The notes below the pieces were generated by a model. The model made no database searches. It had not been told where the DNA came from and was given only the letters and a program-made list of their open reading frames with translations. A stretch of 52,066 bases of DNA from Candidatus Nealsonbacteria bacterium RIFOXYB1_FULL_40_15 (lineage in GTDB: Bacteria > Patescibacteriota > Minisyncoccia > Minisyncoccales > GWA2-38-27): the NCBI GenBank assembly GCA_001821555.1, contig MHMM01000005.1, positions 6,956 through 59,021 of the forward strand. Direction: 5' to 3'. Shown here piece after piece: positions 9,173 through 16,886 of this stretch. The position numbers and the translations under genes were made by a program. Every line of letters begins with the position of its first letter. The stretch's first letter is position 1.

Positions 9173-9278
9173 TAGGCAGACCGAGACGCCTCGTTATAAT
9201 AGAGAGGAAAGACCCCTGTTCTACCTTCAAATTACAGGGTAGCAGTCACATTACAAGTCAAATAGACTAGGATGCCTA
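9173..9278 (+). ncRNA. Putative structured RNA between a consensus promoter and the NYN leader hairpin
   Basis: TG-C-TATAAT at 9163-9171; closing stem TAGGCA/TGCCTA with three internal hairpins (CCTC/GAGG, CCCTGT/ACAGGG, AGTC/GACT); no ORF. Confidence 0.4.
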
Positions 9279-9282
9279 TTCA

Positions 9283-9326
9283 TTTTCTACTGCCTAAAGG
9301 GGCAGTTTTGTGTTAGAATTAATCTA
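9283..9326 (+). promoter_or_regulatory. Repeated hairpin + extended -10 module, copy 2
   Basis: TTTTCT-ACTGCC-taaagg-GGCAGT-TTTGTGT-TAGAAT, then 7 nt to ATG9327. Confidence 0.7.
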
Positions 9327-9824
9327 ATGAGTGAAAATAAAGAGAAAAATAACTTTGCATATATTGACGGAGCCAACTTGAACAATGCGTTAAAAGAATT
9401 GGGTTGGGATTTGGATTATAAAAAGTTCAGAATTTGGCTGTCTGATAAATATAGAGTAGAGAAGGCATATATTTTTATTGGATTAATTCCGAAATATAAA
9501 AACCTATATAAATATTTGCAGGAGGCGGGTTTTACTTTAATATTTAAAGAAGTGATTTATGATGGAACCGGGAAGCCGAAAGGAAATTGCGATGCTGATC
9601 TTGTTTTGCAGGCAGTTTGCGATACTTACGAAAATGAGTCTGATAAAGCAGTTATTGTTACAAGTGACGGAGATTATTCTAGTCTGGTTAAGTTTTTGAT
9701 GAAAAAGAGTAAGTTGATTGCTATTTTATCTCCCAGCAGTCCTAAAAAATGTTCCATATTACTAAAAAGAACAAACGCAAAAATATCTTATATAAATGAC
9801 CAAAAAGATAATTTGAAAGCTTAA
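9327..9824 (+). CDS. NYN-domain (LabA/DUF88, PIN-like) nuclease 1
   Basis: YIDGANL, KGNCDADL and TSDGDY acidic motifs. Confidence 0.9.
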   Translation: MSENKEKNNFAYIDGANLNNALKELGWDLDYKKFRIWLSDKYRVEKAYIFIGLIPKYKNLYKYLQEAGFTLIFKEVIYDGTGKPKGNCDADLVLQAVCDTYENESDKAVIVTSDGDYSSLVKFLMKKSKLIAILSPSSPKKCSILLKRTNAKISYINDQKDNLKA

Positions 9825-9878
9825 AAGAAAAAACCCCCGGTACGGACTAACCGTACAAGGGTTTCTTTCGTAGTAATC
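9823..9878 (-). ncRNA. Putative small antisense RNA convergent on NYN gene 1
   Basis: Downstream of a minus-strand consensus promoter; two-segment hairpin ending in a U-tract at the NYN stop codon. Confidence 0.55.
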
Positions 9879-9884
9879 GTCTTC

Positions 9885-9912
9885 ATTATAGCAAAACATA
9901 AATTCGTGTCAA
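9885..9912 (-). promoter_or_regulatory. Sigma70-type promoter pointing back at NYN gene 1
   Basis: Minus strand: TTGACA-16 nt-TATAAT with extended TG. Confidence 0.7.
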
Positions 9913-10008
9913 TTGGGGACGGCGTTGGGGCGACTGGAGAGTAAAAGAATTTATTAATTCTGATAAATCCATGCATATTGGAGCAATTGAAAAGGAGAAA
10001 TAAAGCTT

Positions 10009-10497
10009 ATGAAAATTAAGATCAGAATAGCAAAACCTGAAGATGCTGGGAAGATTGTAGCGATAAATAAAATTGGGTGGTTGACCACTTATGTGAATCA
10101 GGAAAACGGAATAACTAAAGCGGACATTTTATCTAAAAACTTTAATAGACAAAAAGCTTGGAGAGAATCAATTCAAAACCATAAAAGAGAATCTCATTTT
10201 TGGATTGCTGAGTGCGACGGAAAGATTATTGGGTATATAAGCGCTAAAAAAGACAAAGAATATAACGAATTGGGAATATATATTCTTCCTAAATTTCAAT
10301 CTATGGGAATAGGCGGCAGGCTTATTAAGAAAGCTTTCAAATGGTTAGGAGAAGAGAAGAAGATTAGAATAAGTGTTGTAGGTTATAACGCCAAAGCAAT
10401 AAATTTCTATAGCAAGCACGGTTTTATAAAAATTAAGAATGAAAATCATAAATTGCCTTCAGGTAAAAATTTACCAACAATTATGATGATTAAGTAA
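10009..10497 (+). CDS. GNAT-family N-acetyltransferase
   Basis: IYILPKFQSMGIGGRLI acetyl-CoA motif; NAKAINFYSKHGF. Confidence 0.9.
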   Translation: MKIKIRIAKPEDAGKIVAINKIGWLTTYVNQENGITKADILSKNFNRQKAWRESIQNHKRESHFWIAECDGKIIGYISAKKDKEYNELGIYILPKFQSMGIGGRLIKKAFKWLGEEKKIRISVVGYNAKAINFYSKHGFIKIKNENHKLPSGKNLPTIMMIK

Positions 10498-10500
10498 AAT

Positions 10501-11154
10501 ATGAAATTATTACTAACATCAGCTGGTATATCAAATAAGTCTATTGAAAAGGCATTGTTAGATTTTATGGAGAAGCCTTTTTCTGAACTCAATCTCGCTT
10601 TTATTCCCACTGCCTCGAATGTAGAAAAGGGAAATAAAGACTGGCTTATAAAAGATCTTCAAATTTGTACGGAATTGGGATTTAAGCAAATAGATATTGT
10701 AGATATTTCCGCTCTGCCCAAAGAACACTGGGAGCCAAGGCTAAACGAAGCAGATGTTCTGATGTTTGAGGGAGGTGACACTTATTATTTGATGCATTGG
10801 GTAGATAAATCAGGGTTAAAAGATTTACTACCAGAAATGCTTAAAACGAAAGTGTATATTGGGATTAGCGCGGGAAGTATGATTTGCTGTCCCAAAATAC
10901 ACGCAGGCGAGAAGCTATATTCTTCAGAGAAAGAAAGATATAAGGGAGATGAAAAGGCCTTGGGTTTGGTAGATTTCTACATTGAACCCCATCTCAATTC
11001 CCCGTGGTTTCCGGAAGTCAAAGACGAATTTTTAAAGGAAATTGCAGAGAAAGTTAAAGAGCCAATGTATGCGATTGACGATAATACCGCCATTAAAGTT
11101 ACCGATGAAAAAGTTGAAGTTATAACGGAAGGAAAGTATATAAGATATAATTAA
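10501..11154 (+). CDS. Peptidase E (S51) family protein
   Basis: MKLLLTSAG, FIPTA, GGDT, GISAGS nucleophile, EPH. Confidence 0.88.
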   Translation: MKLLLTSAGISNKSIEKALLDFMEKPFSELNLAFIPTASNVEKGNKDWLIKDLQICTELGFKQIDIVDISALPKEHWEPRLNEADVLMFEGGDTYYLMHWVDKSGLKDLLPEMLKTKVYIGISAGSMICCPKIHAGEKLYSSEKERYKGDEKALGLVDFYIEPHLNSPWFPEVKDEFLKEIAEKVKEPMYAIDDNTAIKVTDEKVEVITEGKYIRYN

Positions 11155-11158
11155 AAAT

Positions 11159-12367
11159 ATGATTGAAAATAGTATTGTATATAGAAATTTTAGAGGCAAA
11201 TACGAATATCTGCCTATTTCAAAAGCCCAAGGGTCTGAAATTTGGGATAAAGATGGAAAAAGATATATTGATTTTACTTCTGCCTGGAACGTGACGAATT
11301 TAGGGTGGAATAATCTGGAAGTTAATGAGGCTGTTATTCAACAGGCAAAGAAGAATGTTCAAGGGCTTTTGTGGGGATCGGATCCCATCCAGGAAGAATA
11401 TGCTAAAGCCTTAACTTCTGCATTGCCGAAAAGTCTCGATGCCTGCGTAAAAGAAACAGGCGGGACGGAATCGGTGGAAACCGCCATTAAGATAGCTCGC
11501 ACTTATACAGGCAGGAAAAAAATTATTGGATTTAAGAATTCATATCATGGACAGCTTTTTGCTTCTGTTGCTCTGGGATATTCGCCAAACTCTGTAGAAA
11601 AACTTTCTCCGCTTGTGCCCGAGATTATCCAAATAGATTTTCCGCACGAAGATGTCGGAGAAGAAGGCTTTGATAAATTTATTTCCGATTTGGAAAATCT
11701 TTTATCAAAAGAAGATATCGCCGCGGTCGTAACTGAACCCGGGATTATCACCGGCTGGGGATCGACAGTTGTTGCCTATCCTGGTTTCTTGAAAAAGGTC
11801 AAAGAGCTTACTCAAAAATACGGTACTTTACTTATTGTAGATGAAGTTGGAACAGGATTTTCCAGAACCGGAAAGCTTTTCGGGATTGAACACGAGGATG
11901 TTGTTCCTGATATGATAGTTTTGGCAAAAGGTATTTCGAACGGAGCTTCTGCAATTGGGACCGTGGTCGGGCAATCTGTAATTTTCGAAAAGGCTTTTTC
12001 TGACGCTATTTTAGTCTCAACTTTTGGCTGGACTCCAATTGCCTGTGCTGCCGCCTTGAAGACGCTTCAAATTCACCGGCGTGATAAGGTTTGGGAAATG
12101 GCAAAGAAAAAAGGGGAGTATATCTTAGAGAAATTAAAACCTTTTGTGGGTAAAGCCATAACCAGCTTACGTGGAAAAGGAATGGAAATCGGTATCAGAT
12201 TCAAAAATCCGGAAACTTGCTCCGAGGTTCGTAAGAAATCATTTGAAAACGGTTTACATGTAGTCGTTGGGGGAAACGACAATATGCAGATTATGCCTCC
12301 CTTGACCATTTCTCAAAAATTATTAGATAAGGGATTGGAGACCTTGATCGAGAGCATTAGAAAATAG
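11159..12367 (+). CDS. Class III PLP-dependent aminotransferase
   Basis: DGKRYIDF, GTESVETAIK, SYHG, LIVDEVGTGFSRTG, PDMIVLAKG. Confidence 0.92.
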   Translation: MIENSIVYRNFRGKYEYLPISKAQGSEIWDKDGKRYIDFTSAWNVTNLGWNNLEVNEAVIQQAKKNVQGLLWGSDPIQEEYAKALTSALPKSLDACVKETGGTESVETAIKIARTYTGRKKIIGFKNSYHGQLFASVALGYSPNSVEKLSPLVPEIIQIDFPHEDVGEEGFDKFISDLENLLSKEDIAAVVTEPGIITGWGSTVVAYPGFLKKVKELTQKYGTLLIVDEVGTGFSRTGKLFGIEHEDVVPDMIVLAKGISNGASAIGTVVGQSVIFEKAFSDAILVSTFGWTPIACAAALKTLQIHRRDKVWEMAKKKGEYILEKLKPFVGKAITSLRGKGMEIGIRFKNPETCSEVRKKSFENGLHVVVGGNDNMQIMPPLTISQKLLDKGLETLIESIRK

Positions 12368-12439
12368 GGAGAGTATCGCGTTTGTTTCATTTTGAATTAA
12401 AGTGCTATAATTCAGGCAAGCCGAGAGGCGTTATTAAAT

Positions 12440-13165
12440 ATGGATATAAAGAAAATCGTAAAAGACGCATATAAGGATATTGCAACCAATAATTCTGGTT
12501 GTGGTTGCGGTTGCAATAACGCCAAAAGCATTTCAAAAAGTATTGGATATTCTGATGAAGAATTGAAAATAGTAGGGAAAGCCAATCTTGGCTTAGGTTG
12601 TGGCAACCCCTTAGCTTTTGGAAAGATAAAAGAAGGGTATATTGTGTTAGATTTAGGATCCGGCGCTGGCATAGATGCAATTTTAGCTGCTAAAAAAGTT
12701 GGCGAAAAGGGAAAAGTAATCGGTGTTGATATGACGGGAGAAATGATTAAAAAAGCAAAAGAAAACGCCGAAAAACAAGGCATAAAAAATGTTGAGTTTT
12801 TGTTGGGAGAAATTGAAAATTTGCCAATCGCTGATAACTTTGTTGACGCAATAATTACCAATTGTGTTATTAATTTAACTCCGGACAAATCTAAGGTATT
12901 CAGTGAGGCATATAGAGTTTTGAAGCCAGGAGGAAAGATCTATTTGTCTGATATTGTTTTATTAGAAGAACTTACAGAAGAACAGAGGAATAATAAAGAA
13001 CTCATATCCGGTTGTGTTGCAGGCGCTTTGTTAAGAAACGATTACTTGAATAAAATAAAAGAAGCTGGTTTTCGGGTAAAAGTTCTTTATGAAAACACCG
13101 GCATCAGCAAACATCAATATAACGGAATGCCACTGGAAAGCATAATGGTTGAGTTGACGAAATAA
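12440..13165 (+). CDS. arsM: Arsenite methyltransferase-like SAM methyltransferase
   Basis: GLGCGNP, LDLGSGAGID, NCVINL, GCVAGA, N-terminal GCGCGC. Confidence 0.8.
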   Translation: MDIKKIVKDAYKDIATNNSGCGCGCNNAKSISKSIGYSDEELKIVGKANLGLGCGNPLAFGKIKEGYIVLDLGSGAGIDAILAAKKVGEKGKVIGVDMTGEMIKKAKENAEKQGIKNVEFLLGEIENLPIADNFVDAIITNCVINLTPDKSKVFSEAYRVLKPGGKIYLSDIVLLEELTEEQRNNKELISGCVAGALLRNDYLNKIKEAGFRVKVLYENTGISKHQYNGMPLESIMVELTK

Positions 13166-13280
13166 ATAAAAAAACATCTAAAAATGAAAATAACGTGGAG
13201 AAGCGGGTCACCCCAATTTCCATGTAAGTCTCTCTATATGATTAATTTATGCCATGGACAATTAGAATAGATATCGGAGA

Positions 13281-13380
13281 GTGATAGATCCCGAGGGTCT
13301 AACACTCTCCGAGGGTCTAACACTCTCCGAGGGTCTAACACTCTCCGAGGGTCTAACACTCTAACACCCCTATGACAACT
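13281..13380 (+). repeat. Element with four tandem copies of CCGAGGGTCTAACACTCT (18 bp; 13291-13362)
   Basis: GTGATAGATC + 4 identical 18-mers + AACACCCCTATGACAACT; second copy at 14565-14622. Confidence 0.9.
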
Positions 13381-13388
13381 TTTTCAGG

Positions 13389-13427
13389 ACTGCCCAAATG
13401 GGCAGTTTTGTGTTAGGATAAGATTAT
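13389..13427 (+). promoter_or_regulatory. Repeated hairpin + extended -10 module, copy 3
   Basis: ACTGCCC-aaat-GGGCAGT-TTTGTGT-TAGGAT, then 8 nt to ATG13428. Confidence 0.7.
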
Positions 13428-13871
13428 ATGAAAGAAAGATTTAAAATTACACCCGCAGTTTATTTGATTTTAATAAAAGACGGTAAAATTCTTCTCCAAA
13501 GAAGATATAATACTGGATATTTTGATGGCTATTATAGTCTTCCAGCCGGGCATTTGGATGGAAACGAAACCTTTAAGCAAGCGATGGCAAGGGAGGCAAA
13601 AGAGGAGACGGGCATTGACCTGGATGTGGCGGATTTGGAGCTGGTTCATGTAATGAACCGCAAAATACCCGAAAACGAAAGAGCAGATTTCTTTTTTACG
13701 GCCAAAAATTGGATAGGCGAACCGAAAATAACGGAATCGGACAAGTGCGATGATTTAAGTTGGTTTGATTTGAATAATCTGCCGGATAATATAATTCCGT
13801 ATATAAAGCAGGCAATTAATTCTTTTTCAAATAATATAATTTACAGCGAATGCGAAGGCGAAAAAAAATAA
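13428..13871 (+). CDS. NUDIX hydrolase
   Basis: Nudix box PAGHLDGNETFKQAMAREAKEETG. Confidence 0.92.
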   Translation: MKERFKITPAVYLILIKDGKILLQRRYNTGYFDGYYSLPAGHLDGNETFKQAMAREAKEETGIDLDVADLELVHVMNRKIPENERADFFFTAKNWIGEPKITESDKCDDLSWFDLNNLPDNIIPYIKQAINSFSNNIIYSECEGEKK

Positions 13872-13872
13872 T

Positions 13873-14310
13873 GTGAAAGAAGAAAAGAAACTATTTCCCA
13901 ACGAAACTGTTTTAATAACCAAGTATTTTGATATTCATCAGGATTGGGAAGTTCCTATTCCCGGATTTTTTATTATTGCATCTGTAAGAAATATAAAGTC
14001 TATTGCAGATTTTACGGAAGATGAGTTAAGAGAATTCAGCCAAATTCTTTGCCAGATGAGAATTGGCATGAGGGAAATTTTGAATATTCAAGAAGTTTAT
14101 CTTTTTCAAAGAGAAGATACTGAGCACACTTTTCATTTGTGTTTATTTCCCAGATATGATTGGATGGAAAAATTCGGAAAAAAATCAGAATCAATGCGCC
14201 CGATTATAAATTATGCAAAAGAAAATATGTGCAACGAAGATATTTTCAGAGAGGTAAAAAAGACGGTGGCTAAAATCAGAAATTATATGGAAAAATTAAT
14301 AAAAATATGA
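13873..14310 (+). CDS. HIT-like protein with a degenerate histidine triad
   Basis: QDWEVPIPGFFII and HTFHLCLFPR resemble HIT-fold diadenosine hydrolases. Confidence 0.65.
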   Translation: MKEEKKLFPNETVLITKYFDIHQDWEVPIPGFFIIASVRNIKSIADFTEDELREFSQILCQMRIGMREILNIQEVYLFQREDTEHTFHLCLFPRYDWMEKFGKKSESMRPIINYAKENMCNEDIFREVKKTVAKIRNYMEKLIKI

Positions 14311-14564
14311 GAAAACTTATTCTTGCGTCTGGTTCGCCATCGAGAAGGGAAATGTTCGAAAAAGCCGGGTTAGTTTTCGAAGTTAATCCGAGCAATTACG
14401 AAGAAGATATGTCTTTGTAGCTTTCTCCGAAAGAGTTAGCGATGCATCTTTCTATAGGCAAGGCTCGGGCGGTTGCCGATAGATACAAACAAGGCGTGAT
14501 AGTTGGTGCGGATACATTTGTAGTTTATCAAAATCAAATTCTAGGAAAGCCGCATACTCCTGAA
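14307..14564 (+). pseudogene. maf: Maf-family nucleotide pyrophosphatase pseudogene
   Basis: MRKLILASGSPSRREM...YEEDMSL*LSPKELA...KARAV...IVGADTFV...ILGKP; in-frame TAG at 14418-20 and truncated by the repeat element. Confidence 0.88.
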
Positions 14565-14622
14565 AGTGATAGATCCCGGTGATAGATCCCGAGGGTCTAA
14601 CACTCTAACACTCTATGTCAAC
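14565..14622 (+). repeat. Second copy of the GTGATAGATCCCGAGGGTCTAACACTCT element
   Basis: GTGATAGATCCCG duplicated, one 18-mer, then AACACTCTATGTCAAC. Confidence 0.88.
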
Positions 14623-14666
14623 TTTTTCTACTGCCTAAAAGGGCGGTTTTGTGTTAGAATAAAATA
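14623..14666 (+). promoter_or_regulatory. Repeated hairpin + extended -10 module, copy 4
   Basis: TTTTTCT-ACTGCCT-aaaa-GGGCGGT-TTTGTGT-TAGAAT, then 6 nt to ATG14667. Confidence 0.7.
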
Positions 14667-15158
14667 ATGGAAAGAAAAGGGAAAAATAACTTTGCATTTA
14701 TAGACGGTCAAAATCTCCATCTTGGTATTCATAGCTTGGGCTGGAAGCTAAGTTTTAGCCGTTTCAGAAAATATCTTGCCGAAAAATATTCTGTGACAAC
14801 CGCCTATTATTTTATCGGATATATGCCCGGAAATCAGCCATTATATTCAGAACTGCAAAAATCCGGATACGTGTTGATATTCAAGCCAACCGTTCCTGAC
14901 GACAACGGCAATGTTAAGGGAAACGTAGACGCCGATTTAGTTTTACAGGCGATGATTGATTTCCCAAACTATAATAAAGCAATAATTGTAACAAGCGACG
15001 GGGATTTCTATTCTTTGGTAAAATATCTTTATCAAAATAATAAATTACGGTTTATAATGAGTCCTTATGTTAAAACCTGTTCAACCTTACTAAAAAAGGA
15101 AGCAAAAGAAAAAATCGTATTTATGAATAATTTACGACAAAAACTTGAATTAAAATGA
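14667..15158 (+). CDS. NYN-domain (LabA/DUF88, PIN-like) nuclease 2
   Basis: FIDGQNL, KGNVDADL and TSDGDF motifs; paralog of 9327..9824. Confidence 0.9.
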   Translation: MERKGKNNFAFIDGQNLHLGIHSLGWKLSFSRFRKYLAEKYSVTTAYYFIGYMPGNQPLYSELQKSGYVLIFKPTVPDDNGNVKGNVDADLVLQAMIDFPNYNKAIIVTSDGDFYSLVKYLYQNNKLRFIMSPYVKTCSTLLKKEAKEKIVFMNNLRQKLELK

Positions 15159-15208
15159 AAAGGCACCGCCAAGGGACGAAACCCAGGGAGGTGCCTTCTC
15201 TTATGGAT
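15152..15208 (-). ncRNA. Putative small antisense RNA convergent on NYN gene 2
   Basis: Same architecture as 9823-9878: promoter, short 5' tail, two-segment hairpin, U-tract at the NYN stop. Confidence 0.55.
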
Positions 15209-15214
15209 ATTTGT

Positions 15215-15244
15215 AGTATAGCATAAAAAGAGGTTAAAGGTCAA
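15215..15244 (-). promoter_or_regulatory. Sigma70-type promoter pointing back at NYN gene 2
   Basis: Minus strand: TTGACC-18 nt-TATACT with extended TG. Confidence 0.65.
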
Positions 15245-15320
15245 TGAATCTGTGGATAACTAAAATATGAAGCCGATTTGTTAGGGGATTTATATAAATT
15301 AATTCTAAAATTCTAAAAAA

Positions 15321-15911
15321 ATGGCAAAGACTAAAATTTTAGTTAAAGGTTATGCGAAAGAGATAGACGGGGAAGAGCATGCTTCTTCTACGGCGACACT
15401 GATTCAAGAGAACGGTTTAAACATAATTGTAGATCCGGGCATGGACAGGAAGGCATTGTTGGAAGGAATGTCAAAAGAAGGATTAGCAACAGGAGATATA
15501 AATTTTGTTGTTTTAACTCATACTCACTTAGACCATTGCCTTTTGGCTGGTATCTTTGAAAATGCCAAGGTTTTGGACAATAGCGACATATTTTCTTTTG
15601 ACGGGCGCATTGGCGAACACGATGGCAGAATTCCAGGCACCGACATAGAAATTGTAGGAACACCTGGCCATGATCAATTTCACTGCTCCGTCTTGGCGAA
15701 TACGGAGGATTTGGGCAAAGTAGTTATTGCCGGAGACATATTTTGGTGGTCAGATGATGAAGAGCAGAAAACAGATAGGGAATCATTAATAAACCACGAA
15801 GATCCTTACGTAAAAGATGAAGAAGCTTTAAAAGAAAGCAGGAATAAGATTTTGGATATTGCAGATTATATCATCCCGGGCCACGGCGAAATGTTTAAAG
15901 TCAAGAAATAA
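15321..15911 (+). CDS. Metallo-beta-lactamase-fold hydrolase
   Basis: IVDPG, THTHLDH, TPGH, AGD, IPGHG. Confidence 0.9.
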   Translation: MAKTKILVKGYAKEIDGEEHASSTATLIQENGLNIIVDPGMDRKALLEGMSKEGLATGDINFVVLTHTHLDHCLLAGIFENAKVLDNSDIFSFDGRIGEHDGRIPGTDIEIVGTPGHDQFHCSVLANTEDLGKVVIAGDIFWWSDDEEQKTDRESLINHEDPYVKDEEALKESRNKILDIADYIIPGHGEMFKVKK

Positions 15912-15915
15912 TTTT

Positions 15916-16362
15916 ATGAAAGATGTTAAAAAGCACCCGAAAGTGGGAGTAGGAGTTATTCTATTAAAGAATAACAAGATTTTATTGGGAAAAAGGCATG
16001 AAGATCCAGCGAAAGCCGATAGTCAGCTTCATGGAGAAGGAACTTGGACATTACCCGGAGGCAAGCTTGATTTTGGAGAGAATCTAGAGGATTGTGCGGC
16101 AAGGGAAACATTGGAAGAAACAAGTATAAAAATTAATAAAGATAGCATTAAAATTATAAGCGTGACAAATGATAAAGTTAAAGATGCCCATTTTGTAACT
16201 GTTGGTTTCTTGTGCGAAGATTTTGAGGGAGAAAAAAAGGTGATGGAGCCGGATGAAATAACAGAATGGAAATGGTTTGATTTGGACAACATCCCGAGCC
16301 CGATGTTTTTCCCAAGCGAAAAAGTAATAAAAAACTTTATTAATAAGGAAAATAAATTTTAA
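15916..16362 (+). CDS. NUDIX hydrolase (NUDT15/MutT-like)
   Basis: PKVGVGV; Nudix box PGGKLDFGENLEDCAARETLEET; likely start ATG15916. Confidence 0.9.
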   Translation: MKDVKKHPKVGVGVILLKNNKILLGKRHEDPAKADSQLHGEGTWTLPGGKLDFGENLEDCAARETLEETSIKINKDSIKIISVTNDKVKDAHFVTVGFLCEDFEGEKKVMEPDEITEWKWFDLDNIPSPMFFPSEKVIKNFINKENKF

Positions 16363-16364
16363 TC

Positions 16365-16850
16365 ATGGTTCAGAGATATTTCACACAAACATTCGGAGTA
16401 GTTGCTGCAATCATAGAAAAGGAAGGAAAAATTCTTATGGTTAAAGAAGTCAAAGAAATAGCCAAGGATTTATGGAACCATCCTGCTGGCTGGATTGATG
16501 TTGGAGAAAATCCCATCGAAGCCGTAAAGAGAGAGGTTAAAGAGGAAACAGGATATGATTTTACACCGACAGGAATTATAGGCATCTATTCTTTTTACAA
16601 AAAGCATTTGAAAGAAGATTATAATATAACGCCTCACGCTATTAAGATTGTATTTGCGGGCACGATAGTAGAAGAAGGGAGAACAGAACTGGCTGAAGAT
16701 GTTTCAGAAAATAAATGGTTTTCTCCGAAAGAAATTTACAAAATGGATAAAAATACTTTAAGGGATATTGATATAAAACAGATTCTAAAAGATTATCTTT
16801 CCGGCAAGAATTACCCCTTGGAATTAATAACTCAGATCACAAGTGAATAA
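16365..16850 (+). CDS. NUDIX hydrolase (NudJ-like)
   Basis: WNHPAGWIDVGENPIEAVKREVKEETG. Confidence 0.9.
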   Translation: MVQRYFTQTFGVVAAIIEKEGKILMVKEVKEIAKDLWNHPAGWIDVGENPIEAVKREVKEETGYDFTPTGIIGIYSFYKKHLKEDYNITPHAIKIVFAGTIVEEGRTELAEDVSENKWFSPKEIYKMDKNTLRDIDIKQILKDYLSGKNYPLELITQITSE

Positions 16851-16886
16851 CATAAAAAACAGAACCAAAAGATAGGAATTATCAAA

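Noticed and set aside
9200-9216. RNase P RNA, from GAGGAAAGACC
   Set aside because: Only a partial match to GAGGAAAGTCC; the region is too short and lacks the 3' conserved motif.
9929-10003. Possible 3' gene remnant (GDWRVKEFINSDKSMHIGAIEKEK*) after the NYN1 module
   Set aside because: Too short to assign; it fits an insertion scar but cannot be supported without a search.
13291-13362. CRISPR array
   Set aside because: The 18-bp units are directly adjacent with no spacers, and no cas genes are in the window.
14418-14420. Stop-codon recoding (TAG in maf; TGA at 30788)
   Set aside because: maf is also truncated, and many intact genes here end in TAG or TGA, so code 11 with a nonsense mutation is simpler.
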